From positions 1-24,292 of IMG/VR virus record IMGVR_UViG_3300014202_000308: DNA of 24,292 nucleotides. One strand, 5' to 3'. The translations under genes were made by a program, and so were the position numbers. Positions 1 to 7,956 of this stretch are shown here, piece by piece (positions within the stretch are counted from its first letter, which is position 1; each line of letters begins with the position of its first letter). The DNA comes from a virus (lineage: Duplodnaviria > Caudoviricetes). The notes under the pieces are model-generated. The model made no database searches and had not been told where the DNA came from. It was given only the letters and a program-made list of their open reading frames with translations.

Positions 1-441
1 CTGCCATTCACACCGCACCATGCGCGATCCGTCGCTACAGCCGACCCGGTAGAACTCCACGCCATACTGCGAAGAAGCGAGCTCGGGAGTCGCGCAGCCG
101 GCGGCACTCGCCGCTTCGCCGGCGCTGTATTGCTGCTTCCCGATTTTGGGAGGCGCGGTGTTTGGCGGCACCAGGGCCGCCGCAGGTATGCTCCGATCTT
201 CTGGTAGGTGGGCCGGTTTGCACTCGATGGTCATGACGTAATCCACTAGCGAGGTTTGTTTTGGCTCGCCCAGAACGACATAGCCGTGTGGGCATAGGGT
301 GCTTGCCTTTTTGTAAGTCGACCCGGCGCTTATTCCATCGATGTAATGCACAGGTCTCCCGTTCGGTCCCGAATGATAGCCGCTAGTGATCGCGCAGCCC
401 ATGGCGAGCAGCGAAGAGAGAAGAATGTAGATTTTTTCCAT
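1..441 (-). CDS. Predicted lipoprotein downstream of cI (3' end truncated by the window edge); possible superinfection-exclusion or lysogenic-conversion protein
   Basis: Absent from the ORF track because it has no stop in the window. Manual translation from ATG 441 gives MEKIYILLSSLLAMGCAITSGYHSGPNGRPVHYIDG..., open for 147 codons to base 1. It has a short signal peptide, lipobox-like LAMG-C and a GGGGAG RBS upstream. Confidence 0.75.
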   Translation of the reverse strand, partial: MEKIYILLSSLLAMGCAITSGYHSGPNGRPVHYIDGISAGSTYKKASTLCPHGYVVLGEPKQTSLVDYVMTIECKPAHLPEDRSIPAAALVPPNTAPPKIGKQQYSAGEAASAAGCATPELASSQYGVEFYRVGCSDGSRMVRCEWQ

Positions 442-483
442 GGAGTTTCTCCCCGTGATCAGAGCAATCCGCTATCGGATCTG

Positions 484-1137
484 CTAAACCTGCTCTCCTT
501 TGAAAATCACGACGCCACAGATGCTGGCGGTATGGTTCACCTCGATCATCGGGGTTGGCCAGCCAGGATTCAACGCCTTCAAGTAAGAGTTCTGGCCATC
601 GATCACGAGCTGCTTGAACGTGGCCTCATTCGAGTCATGCAGCCTCACAATCACCAAAGATCTATGTTCGGCCGAGCGATCTGGGTCGACGAAGATCAAA
701 TCACCATCTTGGAAGGACGGGCGTCCATGTGGGTTATACATGGATTCGCCCCGCACTCGCAGGGCAAAGGTGCGTGGGCCATGGGGGGCCGGGCAAAGCA
801 GCCATTCATCTATTGCGTCAGTCCGCATCGGTTCGGCGATGTCGGTCCAATGACCGGCTTGCACCCAGGAGAGAACTGGAACGCCGGCTCTATTAACCCC
901 ATATGACCCGCGTGCATCACTGACGGCCTGCTGGTTCACATAGCCGGGCAGAAGCGAGGCTACTGGGATACGCAATGCGCTAGCGAGCACGGATATGTTT
1001 TCGCGCGACATCTTACCGGTTCGAATCCATTTCGATACGGCGGCTTCGGAAACCTCACATTGTTCCGCCAACCAGGCCTGCGTTCGACGCTCGCTGGCCA
1101 AGGCAGCGCGGATCACCTTGCCAATAGCAGAAACCAT
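484..1137 (-). CDS. cI: Phage CI-type repressor (N-terminal HTH, C-terminal S24/LexA-like autopeptidase)
   Basis: HTH TQAWLAEQCEVSEAAVSKWIRTG; cleavage-site context VQAG; catalytic motifs LRVRGESM and EATFKQL; divergent from a cro-like gene. Start placed at ATG 1137 rather than the track's 1362. Confidence 0.93.
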   Translation of the reverse strand: MVSAIGKVIRAALASERRTQAWLAEQCEVSEAAVSKWIRTGKMSRENISVLASALRIPVASLLPGYVNQQAVSDARGSYGVNRAGVPVLSWVQAGHWTDIAEPMRTDAIDEWLLCPAPHGPRTFALRVRGESMYNPHGRPSFQDGDLIFVDPDRSAEHRSLVIVRLHDSNEATFKQLVIDGQNSYLKALNPGWPTPMIEVNHTASICGVVIFKGEQV

Positions 1138-1213
1138 GGGTTGATTATGAGTGCGTGCCGCGGCGCACAGAAGTAACCCGGGGTTGACCGGCTTTATTAA
1201 CTTGTGGTTAAGT
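1131..1213. promoter_or_regulatory. cI/cro control region: three AAC-N5-GTT operators and divergent promoters
   Basis: AACcatggGTT at 1132-1142, AACccgggGTT at 1175-1185 and TTAACttgtgGTTAA at 1197-1211. Rightward -35 TTGACC 1184-1189 and -10-like TTAAGT 1208-1213. Leftward -10-like CATAAT lies 6 nt before the cI ATG. Confidence 0.75.
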
Positions 1214-1258
1214 CTCGCCATGACACAGCCTGAAGCCACTTTGATGAAGGAATCTCCC

Positions 1259-1516
1259 ATGCAGCGCGCAGTGCGCGCTGTCGAAGCCATTACGAATGAC
1301 GGCACTGCTGGCACCGTGCTGCTGGCGCGCAAATGCGGCGTCTCAGTGCAGGCGGTCCACAAGTGGCTGCGGGCTGGGTATCCGCCGCCGACACGTTGTC
1401 TGGATATCGAGGCACTTACGCATCAACAAGTCTCCCGTTATGAACTCAGGCCAGACGTTTACGGCACTGATCCTTTATGTGATGGCATCGAAAAACGCGC
1501 AGCTATCGGCGCGTAG
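1259..1516 (+). CDS. cro: Cro/YdaS-like HTH regulator
   Basis: HTH LARKCGVSVQAVHKW and C-terminal VSRYELRPDVY typical of Cro/YdaS proteins; AAGGA RBS before ATG 1259 (alternative ATGs at 1220 and 1244); divergent from cI. Confidence 0.85.
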   Translation: MQRAVRAVEAITNDGTAGTVLLARKCGVSVQAVHKWLRAGYPPPTRCLDIEALTHQQVSRYELRPDVYGTDPLCDGIEKRAAIGA

Positions 1517-1575
1517 CAGGTTTTATTTACCCCGAATTCATGGGGGAAAGTAGAGGAAAGTAGAGGAAACAAATC

Positions 1576-1914
1576 GTGCAATTAACGCTGAACTTTGAGG
1601 CCGGTTTGGTCACGGCCTACGCGAGTTGCCGCGAATACACGGCCGCGCGCATCCATCAGCAGGCGCGGCCACAGAAGCTGATCGCCGCCGATATGGATCT
1701 GTCGCCCTCGCAACTTTCCCGCAAGTGCGCCCAGTCCCCCGACGACAGTGCGCGCTTCACCCTCGACGACCTGGAGCGTTACATCGGGGTTACCGGCGAC
1801 ACCAAGCCGGTGCTCTATCTGGTCGAGAAATACCTCGCCAAGGCCGATCCAGCGGAGATTCGCCGCCAGATTCAGGCCCTGGAAGACCGCCTGCGCGAGC
1901 GCAGCGCGGCATGA
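1576..1914 (+). CDS. CII-like phage transcriptional regulator
   Basis: Follows cro; HTH-like QKLIAADMDLSPSQLSRK; C-terminal coiled coil; GTG start with AGAGG RBS. Confidence 0.7.
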   Translation: MQLTLNFEAGLVTAYASCREYTAARIHQQARPQKLIAADMDLSPSQLSRKCAQSPDDSARFTLDDLERYIGVTGDTKPVLYLVEKYLAKADPAEIRRQIQALEDRLRERSAA

Positions 1915-2035
1915 CGATCAATGGCCCCTCCCATCCGAGACAGAGTTCTGTTGGCTGCAGACTGCCGTCCGGGCACGCCCTACAACGATCCCGGGCGGGG
2001 GTGGGAGGGGCCTCCCTTTGTGAATGGAGTCCGGC

Positions 2036-2218
2036 ATGGATGATGGATTGCGGCGGCAACTGATCGTGGATTGCGAGCAGCGCGCGCGTCGCCTGACCGA
2101 GTGGGAAGGCGAGTTGATCCACAACCTGCGCCTGCGGCTGGAACACGGCTTGCCATTGACCGAAAAACAGGAAGCCGCCCTTGAGCGGACCTGGGAGCGC
2201 GTCACCGCCGATGGCTGA
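2036..2218 (+). CDS. Small helical hypothetical protein (paralogue A)
   Basis: GGAG RBS before ATG 2036; similar to the next ORF (LTEKQEAALERTWERV). Confidence 0.7.
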   Translation: MDDGLRRQLIVDCEQRARRLTEWEGELIHNLRLRLEHGLPLTEKQEAALERTWERVTADG

Positions 2219-2411
2219 CACCGACGCATTGCGCGCCAAGCTGGACGACTGCCAGCGGCTCTACAAGCGGATGACGCAGCGGGAGCACGAACTGGTCTAC
2301 GGCCTGGTGATGCGTCGGCAGCACGGCATGGACGTGACGGAACAGGAACAGGCCGCGCTGGAGAGAACCTGGCAGCGGATAGGAGCCGGCGATGGTGGCC
2401 GGCAAGATTGA
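2211..2411 (+). CDS. Small helical hypothetical protein (paralogue B)
   Basis: ATG 2211 overlaps the end of the previous gene; shares motif VTEQEQAALERTWQRI. Confidence 0.7.
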   Translation: MADTDALRAKLDDCQRLYKRMTQREHELVYGLVMRRQHGMDVTEQEQAALERTWQRIGAGDGGRQD

Positions 2412-2412
2412 C

Positions 2413-2487
2413 AGCGGGTTGGCGCAGCGGCAGCGCGTCGGGCTCATATCCCGAAGGTCGCAGGTTCGAGTCCTGCATCCGCTTCCA
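2413..2487 (+). tRNA. tRNA-Met (anticodon CAT) with initiator-like anticodon stem and encoded CCA
   Basis: Cloverleaf folds by hand: acceptor AGCGGGT/ATCCGCT, D stem GCGC/GCGC, anticodon stem TCGGG/CCCGA with loop CTCATAT, T arm GCAGG-TTCGAGT-CCTGC, 3' T-CCA. Confidence 0.93.
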
Positions 2488-2518
2488 CAAATCGAGACAA
2501 GAAGATCGGTGATGCGAC

Positions 2519-3580
2519 ATGAGCTTTGAAGCCGCCGCCTGGGCTATCAACCAGCAGACCCGATCGCAGACGGCGAAGCTGGTTTTGATCGCCCTCAGCA
2601 ACTGCCACAACCGCGACACCGGGCAGTGCAATCCCGGCAATGCCTACCTCATGACGGTAGCGCAATGTGGCGCCCGAGCGGTGAATTATGCGATCGCCGA
2701 GCTGGAAGAGCTCGGGCTGATCCAAGCCGAACGCGAGCGTGGCAAGCGCACCGACTACCGTTTGCTGCTCGCAAAAAGTAGCGCACCCAGTGCGCAGGTC
2801 AAGCGGAAAAGTAGCGCAGATAGTGCGCTACTCGGCGCGCCAAAAAGTAGCGCACTCAATGCGCTACTCGATTCCGACGATGAAGAAAACACTGTACAAA
2901 CAGACACCAAAAGTAGCGCACTCAGTGCGCTAGCGCATTCAGTGCGCCAGCGCACTGAATGCGGGGGAGTAGCGCACTCAGTGCGGGGGAGTAGCGCACT
3001 TTGCGACAATCCCTTCTCTATTGAATCAGTAAAGAACCAGGAAGGAACCTACCAACAACACCACCAACAGCGCGTGGGCGCGTGGGATTCTGACCCGTCG
3101 CCCCCACCGGTCGATCAGACCCCTTCGCAGACCGTAAAACCGGACGCTCCCGCCTGGCTCCGCGACGACCTCGACGCCTCGCTCGCCAAGACCGCCGCGG
3201 CGAACCCCGGCGCCGACCCCGAACCCGCGTATCGCATGCACGACACCTGGACGCCATCGCCAAAGCTCGCCGAGCGGTGTCAGGCGTCCGGCATCCCGCC
3301 AGAGCTCGACCCGGGCCTGCTGGTCGAGTTCCGGTCGTACTGGTCAGCCGAGTCGACCGCCCTGCGCCACAGCCAGTGGGAGCACAAGCTCCTGCGCCAG
3401 ATGCTCTACGCCCACCGCAACCAGCAAACCCAAACCGCACCGACACCCAGAGGATCCCATGCAACGGGCCGACACCCTCGTGCTGCAACCGCCGCCGACA
3501 TCGACTTTGCCGACACCAGCTGGCTCGACGAGCAAACCATCGAGCGATGCCGCAGCGCTGTTGGTCAACGCGGCGTTTGA
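2519..3580 (+). CDS. Phage replication initiator (O-like): N-terminal winged HTH, C-terminal DnaT-like domain
   Basis: N-terminus AKLVLIALSN...CNPG...AVNYAIAELEELGLI; internal iteron repeats; C-terminal MHDTWTPS...LVEFRSYW...QWEHKL resembles DnaT-type ssDNA-binding domains. Confidence 0.85.
   Translation: MSFEAAAWAINQQTRSQTAKLVLIALSNCHNRDTGQCNPGNAYLMTVAQCGARAVNYAIAELEELGLIQAERERGKRTDYRLLLAKSSAPSAQVKRKSSADSALLGAPKSSALNALLDSDDEENTVQTDTKSSALSALAHSVRQRTECGGVAHSVRGSSALCDNPFSIESVKNQEGTYQQHHQQRVGAWDSDPSPPPVDQTPSQTVKPDAPAWLRDDLDASLAKTAAANPGADPEPAYRMHDTWTPSPKLAERCQASGIPPELDPGLLVEFRSYWSAESTALRHSQWEHKLLRQMLYAHRNQQTQTAPTPRGSHATGRHPRAATAADIDFADTSWLDEQTIERCRSAVGQRGV
2773..3004. repeat. Iteron cluster, putative phage replication origin inside the initiator gene
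   Basis: About eight imperfect palindromic copies of (AAAA)GTAGCGCActcAGTGCGC(TAC), e.g. near 2774, 2807, 2843 and 2909, with further copies up to 3004. Confidence 0.8.
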
Positions 3581-4130
3581 GCGCATGACCTGCGTCTGCA
3601 CCGCCTGGAAGCAGGCCGCCGTCGGCGACCCGCGCGCCTGGGCCGCGAACTACAAGCGCGAACTGCTTGAATCCCTAGTCCGCGTGGGGGTGCGCACCGC
3701 CGACGAGATCGACAACGGCGTGCGCATGCTCAAGGCGCGACGGTCGGATTTTCTGCCCAATCCGGATCATTTCGCCGAGCTCTGCTTCGACCACCGCCGG
3801 CTCGGCATCCCCGCCACCGATGCCGCGTTCCGCATGGCGTGCGACTGGCCCCGGCTGGCGCGCGCCGAAAAACACCCCGCGGTGCTCGCGACACTCGACG
3901 CCGTGGGCCCCGCGCGCTTCCGCCGCCTCGATACCGAAGCCGCCGACAAAGCCTTCGCCCGCGCCTGGCGCAAAACCGTCCAGCGCGTGATGGCCGAAGG
4001 TCTGGGCTGGCTGCGCCCCATCCCCGCCGGCGAGCTCGCCGACGACATCAGCGCAGCCCCGGTGCCGCGCGCCGAGGGGCGCGAGCGCATGGCGGGACTG
4101 CGCGCGGAATTGTTTGGTGTGGTGGGCTGA
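3459..4130 (+). CDS. Replication protein P-like helicase loader
   Basis: Directly follows and overlaps the initiator; LVNAAF...AWKQA...KRELL...G...I.NG...DFLPNPDHFAELC pattern as in lambda P-like proteins; AGAGGA RBS. Confidence 0.72.
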   Translation: MQRADTLVLQPPPTSTLPTPAGSTSKPSSDAAALLVNAAFERMTCVCTAWKQAAVGDPRAWAANYKRELLESLVRVGVRTADEIDNGVRMLKARRSDFLPNPDHFAELCFDHRRLGIPATDAAFRMACDWPRLARAEKHPAVLATLDAVGPARFRRLDTEAADKAFARAWRKTVQRVMAEGLGWLRPIPAGELADDISAAPVPRAEGRERMAGLRAELFGVVG

Positions 4131-4624
4131 TGGCGCAGATTAATCATCGCCGCACGCCAGAATCGGGCGCAGGTTGCACAACGCAAGGAGAGCCCACGGC
4201 GGCGCGCGGGCTGCTGTATTTGTTGGCGCGATCGGCGGAACTGCTGGAGCAAAATGCGGAAGAGATCCGGGTATCGCACACCGTCAGAGGCCGTTGGCCG
4301 CGCCCAGACGAGACTGGAGCGAGAAGAGATTTCCGGGAGCTGCGCGACCTGGCGAAGCAGCTGAGGAGCGCGCACAAGTATCACCATCGCAACTGCCTTG
4401 GCGGTCCGGCCAGCATGTTCGACGCGATGGCAGACAGGATCAGGGGAGGGGAACCAGTGGCGTCATGCATGGAGGATTTCGGCCTGGCATGGCGCGCAAC
4501 AAGCCCCACTGACGCGATGGCGGCAAACATCACGCTCGCCGGTATGGCGCGGGGTCAGGAGCCGCTGGGAGCGGAGCTCGAGGCGGTATGGGACGCGAAC
4601 ACGGGGGCGCTGTACGAGCCATGA
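4130..4624 (+). CDS. Hypothetical phage protein
   Basis: TGATG coupling to the upstream gene and ATGA coupling to the downstream gene; start MAQINHRR. Confidence 0.6.
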   Translation: MAQINHRRTPESGAGCTTQGEPTAARGLLYLLARSAELLEQNAEEIRVSHTVRGRWPRPDETGARRDFRELRDLAKQLRSAHKYHHRNCLGGPASMFDAMADRIRGGEPVASCMEDFGLAWRATSPTDAMAANITLAGMARGQEPLGAELEAVWDANTGALYEP

Positions 4625-4902
4625 ACGGCATAATCTCGCAGGCCGGTGTGGGAGCCGTGCGCCGGGTCGTGGACGCCCACATGCGGCTGTACTACCGCAA
4701 ACCGCTGGCCGACATGGTGGCCATTGCCGGCGCGCCGGGCTGCTGGCACGACCGCACGGCCGTGCTGCACGGGTGCCTGTGCTGCGGCGGCGCGTTCAGC
4801 GTCCAATACCGGTATCTCGACCCTCCCCGCGACCCCATCACCGGGCGCTTCGCGAGCCCCTACCGATCCTGGCGCGTGCTGCGCGCCGCGGAGCCGTCGT
4901 GA
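4621..4902 (+). CDS. Hypothetical Cys-containing phage protein
   Basis: ATGA and GTGA overlaps with both neighbours; CLCCGG motif. Confidence 0.6.
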   Translation: MNGIISQAGVGAVRRVVDAHMRLYYRKPLADMVAIAGAPGCWHDRTAVLHGCLCCGGAFSVQYRYLDPPRDPITGRFASPYRSWRVLRAAEPS

Positions 4903-5591
4903 CCGCGCCCGCTCAACCAACCCGCCGCTCCTGGACCAGCGCCGAGGAAGCGGAGTTGCGCGCCCGCTACCCGCACGAGCCAACCGCCGCGCTCGCGCGG
5001 GCGCTCGACCGGACTGTCAAGAGCCTGTATCAGCGCGCCCAGGCGCTCGGGGTCCGCAAGAGTGACGACTACCTCACCAGCGCCGCCGCGTGCCGGTTGC
5101 GGCGGGGCGCCGACAACCCAGGGCGCGAGTATCAATTCCGCCCCGGCCATGTGCCCGCCAACAAGGGTCTGCGCCATCCGCCCGGCTGGGCGCCCGGCCG
5201 CATGGCCGCGGCGCAATTCAAGCCCGGACAGATTGCCGGGAAGGCGGCCCAGTTGTTGCTGCCCGTCGGCGCCGAAGTGATCGACCCCGAAGGCTACCGC
5301 AAGCGCAAGGTGCGCGACGACGCGCCGCCGAACCAGGCCCGCAAGAACTGGGCGTTCGTGCACGTGCTGGTGTGGGAAGCCGCGCACGGACCGGTGCCGC
5401 CCGGCCATGTCGTCGTGTTCCGCAACGGCAACAAGGCAGATATTCAGCCCAGCAATCTCGAACTGCTCACCCGCGCCGATCTGATGCGCCGCAACAGCAT
5501 TCACCGCTACCCGCCGGAGCTCAAAAGCACCATCCGAGCAGTCTCGAAACTCGCCAAAAAAATTCGCCACGCCGAGGAGGCCATCGCATGA
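4899..5591 (+). CDS. HNH_3-like phage protein with N-terminal Myb-like helix repeat
   Basis: WTSAEEAELRARYP; FRPGHVPANKG; VHVLVWEAAHGPVPPGHVVVFRNGNK...NLELL; GTG start overlapping the previous stop. Confidence 0.8.
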   Translation: MTAPAQPTRRSWTSAEEAELRARYPHEPTAALARALDRTVKSLYQRAQALGVRKSDDYLTSAAACRLRRGADNPGREYQFRPGHVPANKGLRHPPGWAPGRMAAAQFKPGQIAGKAAQLLLPVGAEVIDPEGYRKRKVRDDAPPNQARKNWAFVHVLVWEAAHGPVPPGHVVVFRNGNKADIQPSNLELLTRADLMRRNSIHRYPPELKSTIRAVSKLAKKIRHAEEAIA

Positions 5592-5869
5592 GCAACACCA
5601 TCACCGATCTGCGCAAACACCTGTTCGCCGCGCTCGACGGGCTGGCCGACACCGACAACCCGCTGGCGATCGATCGCGCCAAAGCCATCGCCGATGTCGC
5701 CCGGGAGATCATCGCCAGCGCAAAGGTCGAGGTCGATTTTCTGCGCGTGACCGACAGCCCGGTCGGCACCGGGTTCATCGATGCCCCGAACACGAACACG
5801 CTGCGCATCGGCAGCGCGCGCCAGCAGCAGAATCCGCCACCCCGAGCGACAGCCTGGAGCAAGCCATGA
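5588..5869 (+). CDS. Conserved small phage protein
   Basis: DLRKHLFAALDGL...RAKAIADVAREIIASAKVEVDF, a motif often seen next to this HNH family; ATGA overlaps. Confidence 0.75.
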   Translation: MSNTITDLRKHLFAALDGLADTDNPLAIDRAKAIADVAREIIASAKVEVDFLRVTDSPVGTGFIDAPNTNTLRIGSARQQQNPPPRATAWSKP

Positions 5870-6312
5870 CAGACTTGTCGAGACCCTCCCCCTTCGCCAG
5901 CCAGATCGGCGGCGATCATTACGCGCGCTGGGGATGTCAGCCGTTCGAGTTCGCCCTGCGCAACGGGCTGAACCCCGCCCAGACCAAGATCATCAAGTAT
6001 GTGATGCGGCACGACACCAAGGGCGGCGCCGAGGATATCCGCAAGGCAATTCACGTGTGCGATCTGTGGATAACCCTCACCGCCGACCTGCCCAACCTGC
6101 TGCCGACCATGACGCCGGCCGAGCTCGCGCTGCTGGAAATCCCGTATCTCTCATTCGATGATTTCTGCCGCCGCAATCCATCGCTCGGCGAGCGGGAGCG
6201 CGACATCGTGGCGCTGGCCTGCGCGGCGAGCGACTTGGATCGTATCCGCCGCGTGCGCGATGCCCTCGCCGGGCTGTTGGCCAGCGCCTATCCGGCATGG
6301 AGTGCGCTGTGA
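5866..6312 (+). CDS. DUF3310-like phage protein
   Basis: QIGGDHY...QPFEF...IIKYVMRH..KGGAEDIRKA motif. Confidence 0.78.
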   Translation: MTDLSRPSPFASQIGGDHYARWGCQPFEFALRNGLNPAQTKIIKYVMRHDTKGGAEDIRKAIHVCDLWITLTADLPNLLPTMTPAELALLEIPYLSFDDFCRRNPSLGERERDIVALACAASDLDRIRRVRDALAGLLASAYPAWSAL

Positions 6313-6599
6313 GCCACCCAATTCGCCCAGCCATCGTCGACACCATCGCCATCAGCGCGCCACCCTGCGACGAGTGCGACCAGGCGCGCAAATGCCGGGC
6401 CGAAAAGCTCGCCTGTTGCGCGTTCTCCGCCTACTCGCCGATGCAGGCGGTGGGCCCTGGTTACCGCGCCCGCGTCGCCGCCCGCTGGGAGCATCGCAAC
6501 CCGAGCCGGGCGTGGATGGCCTTTGTCGATGGGGAGGCCACCGTCACGCGCGGCAAGGGCCGCCCGCCCTGTCCGCAGTGCATGGGGGTGGACGCATGA
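6309..6599 (+). CDS. Cys-rich hypothetical protein (possible metal binding)
   Basis: GTGA/ATGA coupling; PCDEC...C...CC and CPQC motifs. Confidence 0.6.
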   Translation: MSHPIRPAIVDTIAISAPPCDECDQARKCRAEKLACCAFSAYSPMQAVGPGYRARVAARWEHRNPSRAWMAFVDGEATVTRGKGRPPCPQCMGVDA

Positions 6600-6787
6600 G
6601 CCAGCAGGAGCGCGCAGACTTGTCCCCGGACTTCCGCAATCTGCTCGCCAACTGGCGCGCCCTGCGCGAGATGGAATGCTCCGGCGACGAAATACGCCAC
6701 GGGCTGAGTTATCCCGAGGGCGGCTTCGAGCGCTGGTTGTTGCGCGAACGCGCGGACCAGCAGAACGCTGATCGGGTGGCGCCATGA
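6596..6787 (+). CDS. Small hypothetical protein
   Basis: ATGA overlaps on both sides; begins MSQQERADLSPDF. Confidence 0.55.
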   Translation: MSQQERADLSPDFRNLLANWRALREMECSGDEIRHGLSYPEGGFERWLLRERADQQNADRVAP

Positions 6788-7257
6788 CCACAGCAGCGCC
6801 TGTCCACCGCGCCCGCCGCGCCAACCGCGAGGATATCGCACAGCGCGCGGTGCTGAATTGGTTGCGCCTTACCTATCATCCGGTGTGGGAAATGACATTT
6901 CACGTTCCCAATGGCGGCCGGCGCGGCGCGGTCGAGGCCGCCATCCTCAACGGCCAGGGGGTGAAGGCCGGCGTTTCCGATCTGGTGACGCTCTACCCCT
7001 GGGGCGGCTATCACGGGATCCTGATCGAAATGAAAGCGGAAAAGCCCCACGCCTCGCCGGTGAGCGATGCGCAGCGCTGGTGGCTGGAACAATCCACCGC
7101 GCGCGGCTACTTCGCCCGGGCCTGCGCAGGCTACGAAGACGCGGTAGCGGCCTACGCCGAGCTGCTGGGCGATCCTGCCCAACACCGCGCGCCCTGCCAG
7201 TGCCCGCCGCCCGGCGGTTTCCGCCCCAAACCGACCCGGAGGCGCGCGCGTGGCTAG
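6784..7257 (+). CDS. VRR-NUC domain nuclease (PD-(D/E)XK, resolvase-like)
   Basis: FHVPNGG.R...GVKAGVSDL...IEMK...S.AQ..W motif set; lies upstream of Q. Confidence 0.9.
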   Translation: MTTAAPVHRARRANREDIAQRAVLNWLRLTYHPVWEMTFHVPNGGRRGAVEAAILNGQGVKAGVSDLVTLYPWGGYHGILIEMKAEKPHASPVSDAQRWWLEQSTARGYFARACAGYEDAVAAYAELLGDPAQHRAPCQCPPPGGFRPKPTRRRARG

Positions 7258-7906
7258 TCCGGAATCCTTGCTGCTGCGCCTCAACATCGCAAGCCCGGGG
7301 ATGGTGGGCGGGGGTGGAGCCTACGGCAACCTCACTCGGCAGGATATCGCCGCCGCGCTGGGCATGGGCGGGCTGGCCGATCACCTCTACTGGCTGGCGC
7401 AGGTGATGTACTGCGACGACACCAGCAACCGGTCACGGCTCGCCAAGGTCGCGTGGTTCGAGTTCGCCCAGGTCGCCAAGTCACAGGGCTGGCAGCGCAG
7501 TCACTACCAGCGCGGCCGGCAACTGTTCCGCGCCTGTGCCGTGGTGGCGCTGTTCGAGTTTCTGGGAGAGGCCGGGCGGCGCTGCCCGGCCTGTCAGGGC
7601 ACCGGACTGGCGCCCAAGCGCAAACGCGAAACCGCGGCCCCCGGAACCAGCGCACCGGCCGCGCCGCCGGCGCCCGGCAACTGCGCGCGCTGCAACGGAT
7701 GGGAAAGGGTGGAGCTGCTGCCGTCCGAGCGGCTGGCATTGCTCAACCAGGCGCTGAGCACCATCGGCGACGAAATGGCGTCATCGAGCTGGTACGAGAT
7801 CTGGCACAGCCGCTATTGCGAAGCGCTGATGATGGTCCAGGGCTGGCACGTCGAGCTGCAAAGGCATGTGCGGCGGTATACCAAAAACGCGGAGAACGTG
7901 GCGTGA
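7250..7906 (+). CDS. Q: Late-gene antitermination protein Q (lambda-Q-like zinc finger)
   Basis: LTRQDIAAALG N-terminus; CPACQGTG...CARCNG zinc finger; W...W..RY C-terminus; ends the early right operon. Confidence 0.8.
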   Translation: MASPESLLLRLNIASPGMVGGGGAYGNLTRQDIAAALGMGGLADHLYWLAQVMYCDDTSNRSRLAKVAWFEFAQVAKSQGWQRSHYQRGRQLFRACAVVALFEFLGEAGRRCPACQGTGLAPKRKRETAAPGTSAPAAPPAPGNCARCNGWERVELLPSERLALLNQALSTIGDEMASSSWYEIWHSRYCEALMMVQGWHVELQRHVRRYTKNAENVA

Positions 7907-7956
7907 CGTGTTAGCCGCGACACGTTGAAAACGCGGCATCACTACGAGGATCTACG

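Noticed and set aside
346-906. 186-aa plus-strand ORF
   Set aside because: Antisense shadow of cI and the lipoprotein gene; no motifs.
1259-1914. YdaS/YdaT toxin-antitoxin pair
   Set aside because: Position opposite cI and the operator layout indicate Cro and CII-like regulators.
1911-2063. 50-codon ORF coupled to the cII-like stop (MTINGPSHP...)
   Set aside because: An ATGA overlap exists, but it has no motif and overlaps the better supported 2036 gene; not enough support.
2413-2487. tRNA as prophage attachment site or host boundary
   Set aside because: Phage genes continue on both sides, and no integrase or duplicated tRNA 3' end is in the window.
2773-3004. CRISPR-like array of palindromic repeats
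   Set aside because: Spacing is irregular, spacers are absent or very short, the repeats lie in a coding frame and there are no cas genes; iterons fit better.
4899-5591. Active homing endonuclease
   Set aside because: The usual catalytic His position reads Phe (VVFRNGNK), and the gene is tightly coupled within the nin-like operon, so mobility is not supported.
7910-7916. GTTAGCC just after the Q stop as a third attC half-site
   Set aside because: It is only a 7-mer with no accompanying L box or hairpin. The position is suggestive but cannot be told from chance.
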